The notes: a model not told the origin generated them from the letters alone. A stretch of DNA of 64,000 nucleotides from Blastocatellia bacterium (GCA_963765495.1 CAVXWP010000009.1:800001-864000), one strand, 5' to 3'. Counted from the first letter of the stretch, positions 1-10,720 are shown. Program-made: numbers and translations.

Positions 1-1290
1 TTGATATGTGACCGAGGGGACGAGTTGCGCTGTCGCTCGGCCAAGCGCGGCGCGGGCCTTGCGAGCCGCTTTTTTACTGTCGCCCGCGAGGTATGCCGCC
101 CGCGCCCCAAGCAACCTGGAGTAGGCGGCTCGGCCCGGGAGTTTCTGCCGCGAAAAGACTCTGAGCGCCGCGCCCGCCCGCGCGGCTGCCTCTGTGTGGT
201 CGCCTCGCCGCAGAGAAAGCTCCGACAGATAAGTGTCTACTGTGGCGGCGAATGTGTTGTTGCGGTTGGCGGCAAACACCTCTCTTGCGCTTTCGAGAAA
301 TAGGCCGGCCTGATCCAACTGTGCCAGCCCCATTGCCGCGAGCGCCCGCACGACGAGGGCCTGCGCGGATTCGTAAGGCGTGCCGATCTGGCTAAATTGA
401 TCGTGCGCGAGCGCGGCGTGTTCGCTCGCGTCGTCGAATGAATTGAGCGCAAGCAGAATCTCGGCTATTTCGAGATTGCACCACGCCACAAGCCACTGGC
501 TTCCGAACCCTGCTAGTTGCTCTCGCACGTTATAGTACCCGGCGAGCGCAGCGTTGTAATTTCCTCTGAGGAATTGAAGATAAGCGATCTTGGAGCGAGC
601 CTGCGCCGCAAGCAGCGTCTGTCCCGCGTCTTCAAGTACAGAGGCGGCCTGCTCAAGCAAAGCCATTGCCTCAAGCGGGCGATCCATCTCAGCAAATATA
701 TTTGAGCGATTGCCGTCAACGAGCGCGCACATGGTCGCCTCGTCTTTCGATTCCAGAATTTCGCGGGCCGTGTCGTAATGCGCGAGCGCCTTCTTATACC
801 TGTCGAGCCGGTAATAGATATTGCCTACGTGGGTTTCAAGCTGGGCGAGATGGACCGGTTCGTTTTTCGCAAGCGCGCGTCTTGCCGTTCGGGCAAGGCG
901 CAATGCGTCCTTGTAGCGGCCCATCTGTGTAAGGGCATCCACCTGCTGTTTTTGAAATATAGCCGCCTGCGTCCGAAGCCTTGCCGCAAGGAGTGCATCC
1001 ACCGCGCTTTCGAAAAGATTGTTTGCTTCGGTGTGGCGACCCGACAGGTGAAGCACGCGAGCGCGTCCGGCTCTGGCAAAGGCGGTCGAGACCGGATTGT
1101 TTTCTACTGCCGCGAGCTGATTTATGCGGTCGGCGAGGCGGGAGGCTGCGGCGAGGTCGCGGCCCGCAAGATGATCCACTTCCGATTTGAGGGCAGCAAA
1201 CACCTCTCGGCCGGCGCTCGGGCCATGCTCGCGCATAAACGCCTTCAAGTCCTCGGCGTTCATCAGCCTGTTGACGAGTTCGCTACTCAA
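1..1290 (-). CDS. Large TPR-repeat protein, probably the N-terminus of a TPR+CHAT protein; runs off the left edge and is absent from the ORF track
   Basis: Hand translation of the minus strand is open from TTG 1290 (or ATG 1263) to position 1. It contains TPR-like helices (AQLETHVGNIYYRLDRYKKALAHYDTAR; AWCNLEIAEILLALN) and lies downstream of an ECF/anti-sigma pair. The CHAT domain itself is not visible. Confidence 0.75.
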   Translation of the reverse strand, partial: MSSELVNRLMNAEDLKAFMREHGPSAGREVFAALKSEVDHLAGRDLAAASRLADRINQLAAVENNPVSTAFARAGRARVLHLSGRHTEANNLFESAVDALLAARLRTQAAIFQKQQVDALTQMGRYKDALRLARTARRALAKNEPVHLAQLETHVGNIYYRLDRYKKALAHYDTAREILESKDEATMCALVDGNRSNIFAEMDRPLEAMALLEQAASVLEDAGQTLLAAQARSKIAYLQFLRGNYNAALAGYYNVREQLAGFGSQWLVAWCNLEIAEILLALNSFDDASEHAALAHDQFSQIGTPYESAQALVVRALAAMGLAQLDQAGLFLESAREVFAANRNNTFAATVDTYLSELSLRRGDHTEAAARAGAALRVFSRQKLPGRAAYSRLLGARAAYLAGDSKKAARKARAALGRATAQLVPSVTYQ

Positions 1291-1498
1291 GCTTTGGCTC
1301 GACTTTCGTCGAAGTGTTCAGGGCAAAATTGCAAGCCCCGGTAGAGCGGATTTGCAAGGACATAAATTCAAGTCCTCCCCCGGTTGTCGCGCCTGCGTCT
1401 CCCCAGCGCCGCGCCACATCTGAAAGTCCGCTCATCCGGGGCCTGTCTCCGGTTATTCACCGTCTCCGCCCGTGCGCTCAGGCGGGCCGAAAAAGCGA

Positions 1499-2116
1499 TC
1501 AACCTATCGGCAGATTCTCAATCATCACCGACGTTTCGCGGGTCTCTATTTGCAGGTCATAGCTGCCGCTTTCAATCGAAGAGAAGGCGAACTCTCCGAG
1601 ATCGTTTGTAAAGGTCGAGCGAATCCCTTCTTCACTTCCTGAAAGAGCGATTTCAAGCCCGGCGACGGATTCGAATTTGAACTCGCCTTCCTTGAGTATC
1701 TGCCCGCTCAATTCGGCCGTCTGTTGCCCCGTAGAGACTATCTGTAAATCAATGCTGAAGCTGCCCGCTCGAAATAGCATTTGATGGTCGGCGGATGCGG
1801 TCAATCGCACTCCCGAAAGGGCCGACCCTGCGAGACTGTCGAATATGAGCGAAGCCACTATGCGGCTGACGCGCTCGGTGAAGCGCGAAGGTCGGCTCGC
1901 GGTCTCAAATAATTTAACGGCGCGTTTCAAGACCCAGGGCGGCGGCTCAATGCTATCGTCGCTTGCGGCGATCACACTGACGCGCTCGTACCAGTCGCGG
2001 TCTGCGGCGCATTGCGCACAGCCCGAAACCAGATGCGCCGCGACCGCTTCGGCCAAAGCGCCGGACAGATGTCCGTCGAGGTAATCAATCAATTTTTCGA
2101 ATCCGGGGCAGTTCAT
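1499..2116 (-). CDS. Zinc-finger (zf-HC2-like) anti-sigma factor with C-terminal carboxypeptidase-regulatory/Ig-like domain
   Basis: N-terminal MNC..LIDYLDG..AHLVSGCAQC; C-terminal TNDLGEFAFSSIESGSYDL; no TM helix; adjacent to the ECF sigma. Confidence 0.75.
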   Translation of the reverse strand: MNCPGFEKLIDYLDGHLSGALAEAVAAHLVSGCAQCAADRDWYERVSVIAASDDSIEPPPWVLKRAVKLFETASRPSRFTERVSRIVASLIFDSLAGSALSGVRLTASADHQMLFRAGSFSIDLQIVSTGQQTAELSGQILKEGEFKFESVAGLEIALSGSEEGIRSTFTNDLGEFAFSSIESGSYDLQIETRETSVMIENLPIG

Positions 2117-2261
2117 ATTCTTTCGCTCCTCTGCTGCCGAAGCCCTCTATCTGACCGCTGTAATAGATTGTTTGTTCTAAGTGTGACCGCGCAGTTCAGG
2201 TAATAGAGGGCCGGGAATACGGAAAAATACATGCGACGGCAAATTTTTATCCCGTGGGTTC

Positions 2262-2360
2262 CGTGATGCGATCACATGATTCGTGATTCGTGACTATACA
2301 GGTAGATCGCAGGTTCAAGAAAACTTGCAAGCCTGCTAAATCACGCATCACGCATCACTT
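2262..2360. repeat. Heptamer-repeat inverted element (CGTGATG/TCACGCA family)
   Basis: cgtgatgcgatcac..tcgtgattcgtga is followed by tcacgcatcacgcatcac; related copies at ~10224-10302 and ~34258-34337. Confidence 0.55.
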
Positions 2361-2969
2361 TCAAATTTTTCCATCGAGCGATTTCTTCAGCTTTTCAAGA
2401 CACCTTGCCCGCGTCGGTCCCACAGAGGCTACGGGCATACGCATGCGGCGGGCTATATCGCCGTAGCTCAGGTTATCTTTCTCGTAAAAGAGCATCGTGA
2501 TGAGTCTGCGGCATCGGTCGGGCAAGGCCGTGATCGCCTGACGGATGATCTGTTGTTGTTCGATCTCTTCGCGCTGCTCGTCGGCCAGAGGCGCATCCGA
2601 AGCCAGTTCGCTCAACCGATCCCGTGGTTGATCCGGGTCGTGTCGCGAGGGCTGGCCCTCGCGCCGCCATCGGGCCGCCACGCGCCAGCATTCCCGCGTA
2701 GCCGTAGTCATCAGCCATGAACTTATCTTCTCGTGTTTGCGCAGAGTCGGGAGCCTTTCTATCATCACAAGACAGACGGATTGAAACACATCCGCCGCGT
2801 CAACGGTCGAAAACCCCATCTTTATCGGGATCGAATAGATCAATCGCTGATACCGAAATATCAGAGCCTCCCACGCCGCCGAATCGCGCTCAAGACATGC
2901 CGCAACGATTTCGGAGTCGCTCAACTGGGCGAAATCAACACTGCTCTCCGGTTTGACCTGATTGCTCAT
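2361..2969 (-). CDS. ECF sigma-70 family RNA polymerase sigma factor
   Basis: Region 2 (AWEALIFRYQRLIY..AADVFQSV..SSWLMTTATRECWR) and region 4 (LPDRCRRLI..LSYGDIARRM..SVGPTRARCLEKL). Start trimmed to ATG 2969. Confidence 0.9.
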   Translation of the reverse strand: MSNQVKPESSVDFAQLSDSEIVAACLERDSAAWEALIFRYQRLIYSIPIKMGFSTVDAADVFQSVCLVMIERLPTLRKHEKISSWLMTTATRECWRVAARWRREGQPSRHDPDQPRDRLSELASDAPLADEQREEIEQQQIIRQAITALPDRCRRLITMLFYEKDNLSYGDIARRMRMPVASVGPTRARCLEKLKKSLDGKI

Positions 2970-3202
2970 ACCATTCATTTGCGCCGGGTTTGGGAGAGGG
3001 CGGCAAGAGGGCGAACTTTGCTTATCAAAGTGCCCCGTCGTTTTTGTAACACACCGATTCTGAGTTCGCAAGAATGTTGAATCTTCGCCGCCGGGATTCC
3101 CACGCTTCTTGATTCGCGCGCTTCTTGATTCGCGCGCTTCTTTGTTCAAATTCATTTCTGCCGGGCTCTTGCGGTATTATCTCGATATAAGGTTTAGAGG
3201 CT

Positions 3203-3865
3203 ATGTATATTCCCCGCGTCAAGATATGTTGCATAAGCAGTAAAGCCGAAGCCGAAATGGCGATTCGTTACGGCGCTTCGGCGCTCGGTCTGGTATCAAG
3301 CATGCCAAGCGGGCCGGGAGTGATTTCAGAATCGCTCATCGCAGAGATCGCCCGGGATCTGCCTCCGGCAATAAGCACATTTCTGCTCACAAGCCGTCAG
3401 GATGTCGCTTCGATCATCTCTCAGCAGAAAGAGTGCTGCGTCAACACGATTCAAATTTGCGACCGGCTCGAATCGGGCACCTATGACGAACTTCGCGCTG
3501 CGATGCCCGGCATTTCGATAGTTCAGGTCATTCACGTATCGGGGGAAGATTCTCTGGCCCAAGCTCTTCGGGTAGCGCCGCAGGTAAATGCTTTATTGCT
3601 TGACTCGGGAAATCAATCGCTTGCGGTAAAAGAGCTTGGAGGCACAGGCCGCACGCACGATTGGACCGTCAGCCGCCGCATTCGAGAAGCCGTCCGCGTG
3701 CCCGTGTTTCTGGCCGGAGGACTGCGGCCCGATAATGTGGCAGAGGCGCTTGCCCTCGTGCGCCCCTACGGGGTCGATATATGCTCGGGCGTGCGGACCG
3801 ACGGCAGATTGGATGAATCAAAACTCGCCCATTTCTTCGAACAGGTGCGAAGCGTCCGGCAATAA
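3203..3865 (+). CDS. trpF: Phosphoribosylanthranilate isomerase
   Basis: Motifs RVKICCI, LLLDSG..LGGTGRTHDW, FLAGGLRPDNV, GVDICSGV. Confidence 0.9.
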   Translation: MYIPRVKICCISSKAEAEMAIRYGASALGLVSSMPSGPGVISESLIAEIARDLPPAISTFLLTSRQDVASIISQQKECCVNTIQICDRLESGTYDELRAAMPGISIVQVIHVSGEDSLAQALRVAPQVNALLLDSGNQSLAVKELGGTGRTHDWTVSRRIREAVRVPVFLAGGLRPDNVAEALALVRPYGVDICSGVRTDGRLDESKLAHFFEQVRSVRQ

Positions 3866-4101
3866 TCCCCTGATTTCTTTACGAAAAGCCTTGCGTCTTT
3901 GCGCGTAACAATCTCTTGCAATGACGCAAAGTACGCAATGAATTTCCCGAAAAAATTAGTTACTCTGGAATTATTTCGCAAACGCTTTGCCCCTGCTTCA
4001 ATCTGTTTGCTCTGATTGCAGCTTTGTGGTATTTGTTCCTGAGTACCGAGGTGCAGCAAGCTGTAACAGCCGTAAAATCAAACACCCGAAGATGACTCTA
4101 T

Positions 4102-4836
4102 ATGAATGATGGATGGAAGTGGCCCGGAGACGCGCTCGCGGCAATCAGCTTCACTTATGACGACGGCGTAGACAGCGCGCTCGATTCAGCCATGCCCGAT
4201 CTTGAAAAGGCGGGCTTTCGCGGCTCTTTTTATCTGCCTGTCGGTAATCCCGATGTGCCGAGACGCAAAGGCGATTGGAGAGACGCTTTTCTCAGAGGCC
4301 ACGAAATAGGCAGCCACACCGTAAGACACCCTTGCAGAGGCCCCGAGCACGAATACAACCTCTCGACCTATACGCCTCTTCGGATTCGCAACGAGATTCT
4401 TTCGGCCTCGACGTGGCTCAATCGCCACATAGGCAGCGACCCTTTCAGAACATTTGCCTACCCTTGCGGTCAAACGGCAATAGGCGACCCGCCCGATGAA
4501 GCCTCTTATACGGCGGCCGTTCGGGCATCGCATTTTGCGGCGCGAATGGCTCGCGGAGGCATCAATAACCCGGCAGTCGTATCCAGAAACCTCTTGAGGA
4601 TCGCCTCAAGCGCCATAGATTATCCTCACGCGCGTGAGCTTTCGCCCTTTATTCGATACTGTGAGCAAGCGGCAGATTCGAGAGGCTGGGGCGTGCTTCT
4701 GTTTCACGGCATTGGAGATGACTGGCTGCCTACCGAGCGGGACGTGCATCAGGGTATTATCGACTATCTCGCCGATGGGCGATTCTGGGTCGCCCCGGTC
4801 AGAGAGGTGGCAAGGTATATTGTCGAAGTTATGTGA
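4102..4836 (+). CDS. Polysaccharide deacetylase (NodB/CE4) family protein
   Basis: Motifs SFTYDDG, GHEIGSHTVRH, FAYPCG, LLFHG. Confidence 0.85.
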   Translation: MNDGWKWPGDALAAISFTYDDGVDSALDSAMPDLEKAGFRGSFYLPVGNPDVPRRKGDWRDAFLRGHEIGSHTVRHPCRGPEHEYNLSTYTPLRIRNEILSASTWLNRHIGSDPFRTFAYPCGQTAIGDPPDEASYTAAVRASHFAARMARGGINNPAVVSRNLLRIASSAIDYPHARELSPFIRYCEQAADSRGWGVLLFHGIGDDWLPTERDVHQGIIDYLADGRFWVAPVREVARYIVEVM

Positions 4837-4908
4837 AATGTTAGTCGTCCGAGAAAACTATTCTCGCGGCCTATTTCAACGCACCTTTGTTTCAAATCAA
4901 CCTTTGAT

Positions 4909-5052
4909 CAGCAATTCTCGGTTTAGAAATTCTGTCTTAACAAGAAGTGAACCACGAAATACACGAAGCACACGAAATAGAAGAATTATTCGTGTATTTA
5001 GTGTGTTTCGTGGTATATCCCGGTGCGATTTCCTCTAAACCGAGAATTGCTG
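4909..5052 (+). mobile_element. 144-bp MITE, family A copy 1
   Basis: TIRs CAGCAATTCTCGGTTTAGA/TCTAAACCGAGAATTGCTG; 9-bp TSD ACCTTTGAT at 4900-4908 and 5053-5061; near-identical inverted copy at 40564-40707. Confidence 0.92.
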
Positions 5053-5237
5053 ACCTTTGATATTGTTTTCGCATATCCTCCTGTAGGTCAAAGACTGAAT
5101 GGCTTTGTCTGAGCCAAAAAAGAGTTGCAGTTCTTGTATTTCAATTTGCAGAAGCGGCCTCCTGTGATAGGCTGTGTGCCCGTTGAGTATTCAGGGAAAC
5201 GGGTCTCAAGGGGCTTTATTAATCAGAGGATACTGAT

Positions 5238-6548
5238 TTGGCAACTCAGGAAATCTACACCAGTGATGTCGCTCGCCGCGCGCGACATCGCATCATGCGG
5301 CGCACGCTTCCTTATCTGTTTTTTCTCTATATCATCGCCTATCTTGACCGGGTAAACGTCGGGTATGCCACGCTTGAGATGAATACGGCGCTTGGCTTTT
5401 CGCCGGAGGTCTACGGGTTTGGCGCGGGCATATTCTTTGTTGGTTACTTCCTGCTCGAAATCCCCGGAACCATAATCGTCGAGCGATGGAGCGCGCGCAA
5501 ATGGATCGCCCGCATTATGATCTCGTGGGGGATACTGGCCGTACTCATGGGGTTCATACGGACCGAGACGGAGTTTTACTGGGCGCGTTTTTTACTTGGC
5601 GCGGCAGAGGCGGGGTTTTTCCCCGGCATCATCGTATATCTGAATCACTGGTTCCGTTATGAAGACAGAGCGAAGGCGGTGGCTCTGTTTATGGCGGCCA
5701 TCCCGGTTTCCTCGATCATCGGTTCGCCCATCTCCGGCGTGTTGCTTTCGGTAAACTGGCTTGGGCTGGCCGGGTGGCGATGGCTGTTCATACTCGAAGG
5801 AACGCCCGCAATAATATTCGGAGTAGTCACCATATTTTACCTGACCGACTGGCCGCATCAGGCTCGATGGCTCCCCGATGATGAGCGCGAGTGGCTTACA
5901 TCGGAGCTTGAACGCGAAAGACAATCAAAACATCTGACGCATTCCTACAGCATCTGGAAGGCGATGAGACAGCCGGAAGTCATAATACTCGCGCTGGCTT
6001 ATTTCTTTATCGTGACCGCCGTTTACGGCTTCGGTTTCTGGCTGCCTACCATCCTGAAGCGGCTTTCCGGGGAAACGAACCTGATGGTGACGATCATCGC
6101 CGCGCTTCCTTATCTGGTCGGATTCGTAGCCATCCTTCTGATAGGCTGGTCTTCGGACAGAACCCGCGAACGCCGCTGGCACACGGCCCTGCCTATGATT
6201 ATCGCGGGAGCGGGCCTTTTGCTGAGCGCCCTCACTCAGGGAAACACCGCGCTGGCCCTTGCTATGTTTTGCCTCGCCGCCGTGGGGCTGTACGGATACC
6301 TGCCCGGATTCTGGGCCTTGCCTACAAGCTTTCTGTCTGGGGCCGCCGCTGCGGCTGCCGTCGGGCTGATAAATTCGGTAGGAAACCTCGGAGGATTCGT
6401 AGGCCCCTTCATCGTTGGATACCTGACCGAGATGACGAAATCCTTCTTTGGCGGAATACTCTACCTGTCTGTGTCCGCCCTCGTCGCGGCGGGCCTGATC
6501 CTTGCCCTCAAAAAGAGAGGCCGGGGGCTCGAGGCAAGCGACCAGTAA
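5238..6548 (+). CDS. MFS transporter, anion:cation symporter (ACS) family
   Basis: Motifs AYLDRVNVGYA, LEIPG, RFLLGAAEAGFFPG, WRWLFILEG, INSVGNLGGF; about 12 TM helices. Confidence 0.9.
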   Translation: MATQEIYTSDVARRARHRIMRRTLPYLFFLYIIAYLDRVNVGYATLEMNTALGFSPEVYGFGAGIFFVGYFLLEIPGTIIVERWSARKWIARIMISWGILAVLMGFIRTETEFYWARFLLGAAEAGFFPGIIVYLNHWFRYEDRAKAVALFMAAIPVSSIIGSPISGVLLSVNWLGLAGWRWLFILEGTPAIIFGVVTIFYLTDWPHQARWLPDDEREWLTSELERERQSKHLTHSYSIWKAMRQPEVIILALAYFFIVTAVYGFGFWLPTILKRLSGETNLMVTIIAALPYLVGFVAILLIGWSSDRTRERRWHTALPMIIAGAGLLLSALTQGNTALALAMFCLAAVGLYGYLPGFWALPTSFLSGAAAAAAVGLINSVGNLGGFVGPFIVGYLTEMTKSFFGGILYLSVSALVAAGLILALKKRGRGLEASDQ

Positions 6549-6649
6549 CCGCCTCTTTGGAATAAATCAGATTGACAAGTTCGTTTGCAAACAGCGTTCT
6601 TTGCTAAAGGCAGTAGCTGTGATAAAAAATCTCTGGACGGGTTGATTAT

Positions 6650-7330
<681 letters not shown>

Positions 7331-7391
7331 CCTGTGGGAATCCCGCCGCTCAGGTTGATGAATTCTTCGCTTCAAGTTAGGCTCAAATAGT

Positions 7392-8528
7392 ATGAAGATA
7401 ACCATCATTGGAGGCGGACCTTCGGGCCTTTACTTCGCCGTCTTAATGAAAAAGCTCGACCCGGCTCACGAGATTACCCTGATAGAAAGAGACGGACCCA
7501 ACGACACATTCGGCTGGGGAATAGTCTTTTCCGATCAGACATTCTCTTATCTGGAAACGAGCGACCGCCAGTCGTTCGCCGAAATCATCAGAAGCTGCGA
7601 GACGTGGGATAACGTAGACGTGGTCCACCGCGACGAGCGAATCACGATTCGCGGCAACAGGTTTTCAGGCATCGCGCGACTGGCCTTTCTGCAAATCCTG
7701 CATCGTCGTTGCCGCGAACTTGGCATCGACCTGCGATTCAATACAAACGTCACCAGTGTTGAGGAACTGAGAGACGCGGATTTGCTTATCGGCGCAGACG
7801 GGGCAAACAGCCTTGTGCGGCGCACCTTTGAGGCGGCGTTTCAACCTACGCTTGAAACGGGAAAGAACAAATACATCTGGCTTGGAACGCACAGATTGTT
7901 TCACGGTCTGACGCTCACCTTCCGCGAATCTGAGGCGGGCCTGTTCATAGCTCATTCCTACAAGTTCGACAAGACAACCAGCACCTTCATAATCGAGTGC
8001 GGCGAAGATGTCTGGAAGAAGGCCGCGCTCGACGAGATGACGGATCAGGAGACCTGCCGTTATCTGGCCCGTGTCTTTGAGAAAGACCTTGAAGGGCACG
8101 CGTTGCTGTCGAACAACTTCGTCAGGTGGCTGAATTTTTTGCTGGTCAAAAATAAACGATGGCACCACAAAAACGTGGTCTTGCTTGGGGACGCGCTGCA
8201 CACGGCTCATTTTTCGATAGGTTCAGGCACAAAGCTGGCCCTGGAAGATTCCATCGCTCTGGCCCGATGCTTTGAAGCGAATTCGAGTGTTGAAGAGTCG
8301 CTCGCCCAGTTTGAGCGCACCAGAAAACCTGTCATTGACGAGTATCAGGAGGCAGCCATCTCAAGCCTTCTGGCATTCGAGAACGCCGAGGAAGATATGC
8401 ACCTCGACCCCATTCCTTTTGCTTATAAACTCATGACCAGAAGCAAGAAGATCAATTACGAAAAACTGAAGCGGAGAGACCCCGGCTTTATCGCCGCCTA
8501 CGATAAATGGGAGAGGGATGAGGGATGA
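7392..8528 (+). CDS. FAD-dependent monooxygenase resembling the N-terminal half of anthraniloyl-/salicylyl-CoA monooxygenase
   Basis: Motifs GGGPSGL, DTFGWGIVFSD, GADGANS, LLGDALHTAHFSIGSGTKLALED. Confidence 0.85.
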   Translation: MKITIIGGGPSGLYFAVLMKKLDPAHEITLIERDGPNDTFGWGIVFSDQTFSYLETSDRQSFAEIIRSCETWDNVDVVHRDERITIRGNRFSGIARLAFLQILHRRCRELGIDLRFNTNVTSVEELRDADLLIGADGANSLVRRTFEAAFQPTLETGKNKYIWLGTHRLFHGLTLTFRESEAGLFIAHSYKFDKTTSTFIIECGEDVWKKAALDEMTDQETCRYLARVFEKDLEGHALLSNNFVRWLNFLLVKNKRWHHKNVVLLGDALHTAHFSIGSGTKLALEDSIALARCFEANSSVEESLAQFERTRKPVIDEYQEAAISSLLAFENAEEDMHLDPIPFAYKLMTRSKKINYEKLKRRDPGFIAAYDKWERDEG

Positions 8529-8630
8529 GGGATGAGGGATGAGGGATGAAAAGGACCGTAAAGATAGATTTGATGATAAAGGATACCGCATTAATCGGTG
8601 TGTCTCCTGACAATCCTTTTCATCCCTCAA
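8516..8630. repeat. GATGAGG heptamer tandem repeat with inverted partner
   Basis: ggatgagggatgagggatgagggatgagggatgaa followed by ttcatccctca. Confidence 0.6.
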
Positions 8631-8636
8631 GCTGTT

Positions 8637-10121
8637 ATGTGGCACACTGAAAAACCGATACGGCATAAACTGTTGGAAGCGCGCTGGCCTACACGCCGAG
8701 AGGCGGCGCGCTCGATGTTGTTTTCTCCCGTACCTGTCGGGCAGGTCGTGCTTGAAAGCCGCACCTGGGTTCCGGCTATGGTTCCATGGCGCTCTACCGA
8801 AGATGGGTTCGTAACTCCAAATATTCTGGAATGGTACGGGCGGTTTGCCGAAGGGCGTCCGGGGGCCATCGTGGTCGAAGCTACCGGCATACGCGACATA
8901 GCCAGCGGCCCGCTGCTTCGCATAGGGCACGACCGTTTTATTCCCGGCCTTCGCGAACTTGTCGAAACCGTTCGCAGGGCCTCGGGCGGCCACACTCGCC
9001 TCTTTATTCAAATCATAGATTTTCTCAGCGTAAAGCGCCGCCCTCAAAAAGAGAAATACTTCGAGCGATTCTTTCAGGTCACAAACCGCCATCGCCGCGC
9101 CCTCGCCAAAGTGACGGGCGAGCCCCGGTGGAAGAGCGCAAACGATGATGATGTGCGCGCTTATTTGAAGGACGCGGCCGAAGAGGTTTTGGATGGTGTT
9201 CTGAATGAGCGGGAACTTGAATCACTCCGCTACGGCTATCGCGAGCGCGTCACCGACACGCATCTTGCGCATATCCTCGAACTGCCCCGGGTGTTGCCGG
9301 AAATATTCGCAGCCGCAGCCCTCCGCGCTCGCCTCGCCGGGTTCGACGGCGTAGAACTTCATTACGCGCACGCCTATACGATGGCCTCATTTTTAAGCGC
9401 GAAGAACAACCGCGAAGACGGTTACGGCGGGCCGCGCGAAAACCGCGTGCGATTGCCTCTGGAAGTTTATCGAAAGGTGCGCGAGCGGGTGGGGGCCGAC
9501 TACACCGTAGGCGTTCGCTTTCTCGGCGATGAGGTGATCGAAGGCGGGAGCGATCTGGATGACGCCATCTATTTCGGTCTGGAATTTGCCCGCGCAGGAT
9601 TCGACTATCTATCGGTCTCAAAAGGAGGGAAATTCGACGACGCGAAACAGCCTAAAGTCGGAAACGCGGTTTATCCTTACACGGGGCGAAGCGGGTATGA
9701 GTGCATGCCCACGGTGCTGTCGGACGAACGCGGGCCGTTTGGCCGCAACGTCCCGCTCGCGGCGGCGATCAAACAGACGGTGAACGCGGCTGATTTTTCT
9801 ACGCCTATAGTCACCTCAGGCGGGATAGCCACTTTCGATCAATCCGAAGCGATACTGCGCCGGGGAGAGGCCGACATCATAGCTGCCGCGCGACAGTCGC
9901 TTGCCGATCCTGACTGGTTTCTGAAGATGCGACAGGGGCGCGGAGGCGAAATCCGCCGTTGCGAATTCACTAATTATTGCGAGGGCCTGGATCAGATGCA
10001 CAAACAGGTGACCTGCAAGCTGTGGGACCGCGTGCAGATTGATGAACCGGGCATCACAAAAAGCGATGACGGTCGTCGCCGACTGGTCGCGCCCGCGTGG
10101 AAGGGCGAACAGGAAACTTAA
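8637..10121 (+). CDS. NADH:flavin oxidoreductase (Old Yellow Enzyme family)
   Basis: Motifs AGFDGVELHYAHAY, NNREDGYGG..ENRVR, AARQSLADPDW. Start at ATG 8637. Confidence 0.88.
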   Translation: MWHTEKPIRHKLLEARWPTRREAARSMLFSPVPVGQVVLESRTWVPAMVPWRSTEDGFVTPNILEWYGRFAEGRPGAIVVEATGIRDIASGPLLRIGHDRFIPGLRELVETVRRASGGHTRLFIQIIDFLSVKRRPQKEKYFERFFQVTNRHRRALAKVTGEPRWKSANDDDVRAYLKDAAEEVLDGVLNERELESLRYGYRERVTDTHLAHILELPRVLPEIFAAAALRARLAGFDGVELHYAHAYTMASFLSAKNNREDGYGGPRENRVRLPLEVYRKVRERVGADYTVGVRFLGDEVIEGGSDLDDAIYFGLEFARAGFDYLSVSKGGKFDDAKQPKVGNAVYPYTGRSGYECMPTVLSDERGPFGRNVPLAAAIKQTVNAADFSTPIVTSGGIATFDQSEAILRRGEADIIAAARQSLADPDWFLKMRQGRGGEIRRCEFTNYCEGLDQMHKQVTCKLWDRVQIDEPGITKSDDGRRRLVAPAWKGEQET

Positions 10122-10122
10122 A

Positions 10123-10242
10123 ATGTCACAAACTGAAATCGACGAAGCAGATTATAAAGACTTCGATCGGGTCAGAGAGCAGTTTCCCGCGCTTCGAGAT
10201 AAAGTCTTTCTCGACGCGGCCTGCGTGATGCGTGAGATTTGA
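10123..10242 (+). pseudogene. Truncated N-terminus of a class V aminotransferase / cysteine desulfurase-like protein
   Basis: MSQ..DFDRVREQFPALRDKVFLDAA is a typical class V N-terminus; it stops after ~39 codons where a CGTGATG repeat begins. Confidence 0.6.
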
Positions 10243-10305
10243 GATGTCCGGCTAATAAGGAATTTGCCTTTAAGGTCACGCATCACGCATCACGCATCAC
10301 GAATT

Positions 10306-10677
10306 CTAAACTTCGTAAGTCGCCGATGTCGAAGGAGTTTCCCATACGCGCACCTTGTAAACCTTCACCCGGTCGTCGTTGATCTGTTCGGCTATCTTGT
10401 GAAGTATGAAACCGGCCAGATGCTCGGATGAGGGGTTCATCTCGATGTCGAAGGGCTTAAGCTCGTTAAGATTCTGATGATCGAGAAAGCGCATGACCTC
10501 CCGCGCAGCCGCTTTCAACTCTCTGAAATCAACCAGCATGCCTATATCGTCCAGCCGTTCACCGCGCACATAAACTTCGACCTTCCAGTTGTGGCCATGC
10601 AGGTTTTCGCATTTTCCGCGATACCCGCGCAAGGCATGAGCGGCGGAAAACTCTTCTTCGATCATCACCTCGTACAT
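10306..10677 (-). CDS. queD: 6-carboxy-5,6,7,8-tetrahydropterin synthase
   Basis: Motifs FSAAHAL..GKCENLHGHNW, DFRELK, LDHQNLN, NPSSE, VWET. Confidence 0.93.
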   Translation of the reverse strand: MYEVMIEEEFSAAHALRGYRGKCENLHGHNWKVEVYVRGERLDDIGMLVDFRELKAAAREVMRFLDHQNLNELKPFDIEMNPSSEHLAGFILHKIAEQINDDRVKVYKVRVWETPSTSATYEV

Positions 10678-10720
10678 TATTTAATCCTCTTCATCCAACA
10701 AGCTTGTGAGGCCGCCTGCC

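Noticed and set aside
3101-3143. 17-bp tandem duplication cgcttcttgattcgcg(c)
   Set aside because: Only about 2.5 units in an intergenic region, with no spacers and no supportable function.
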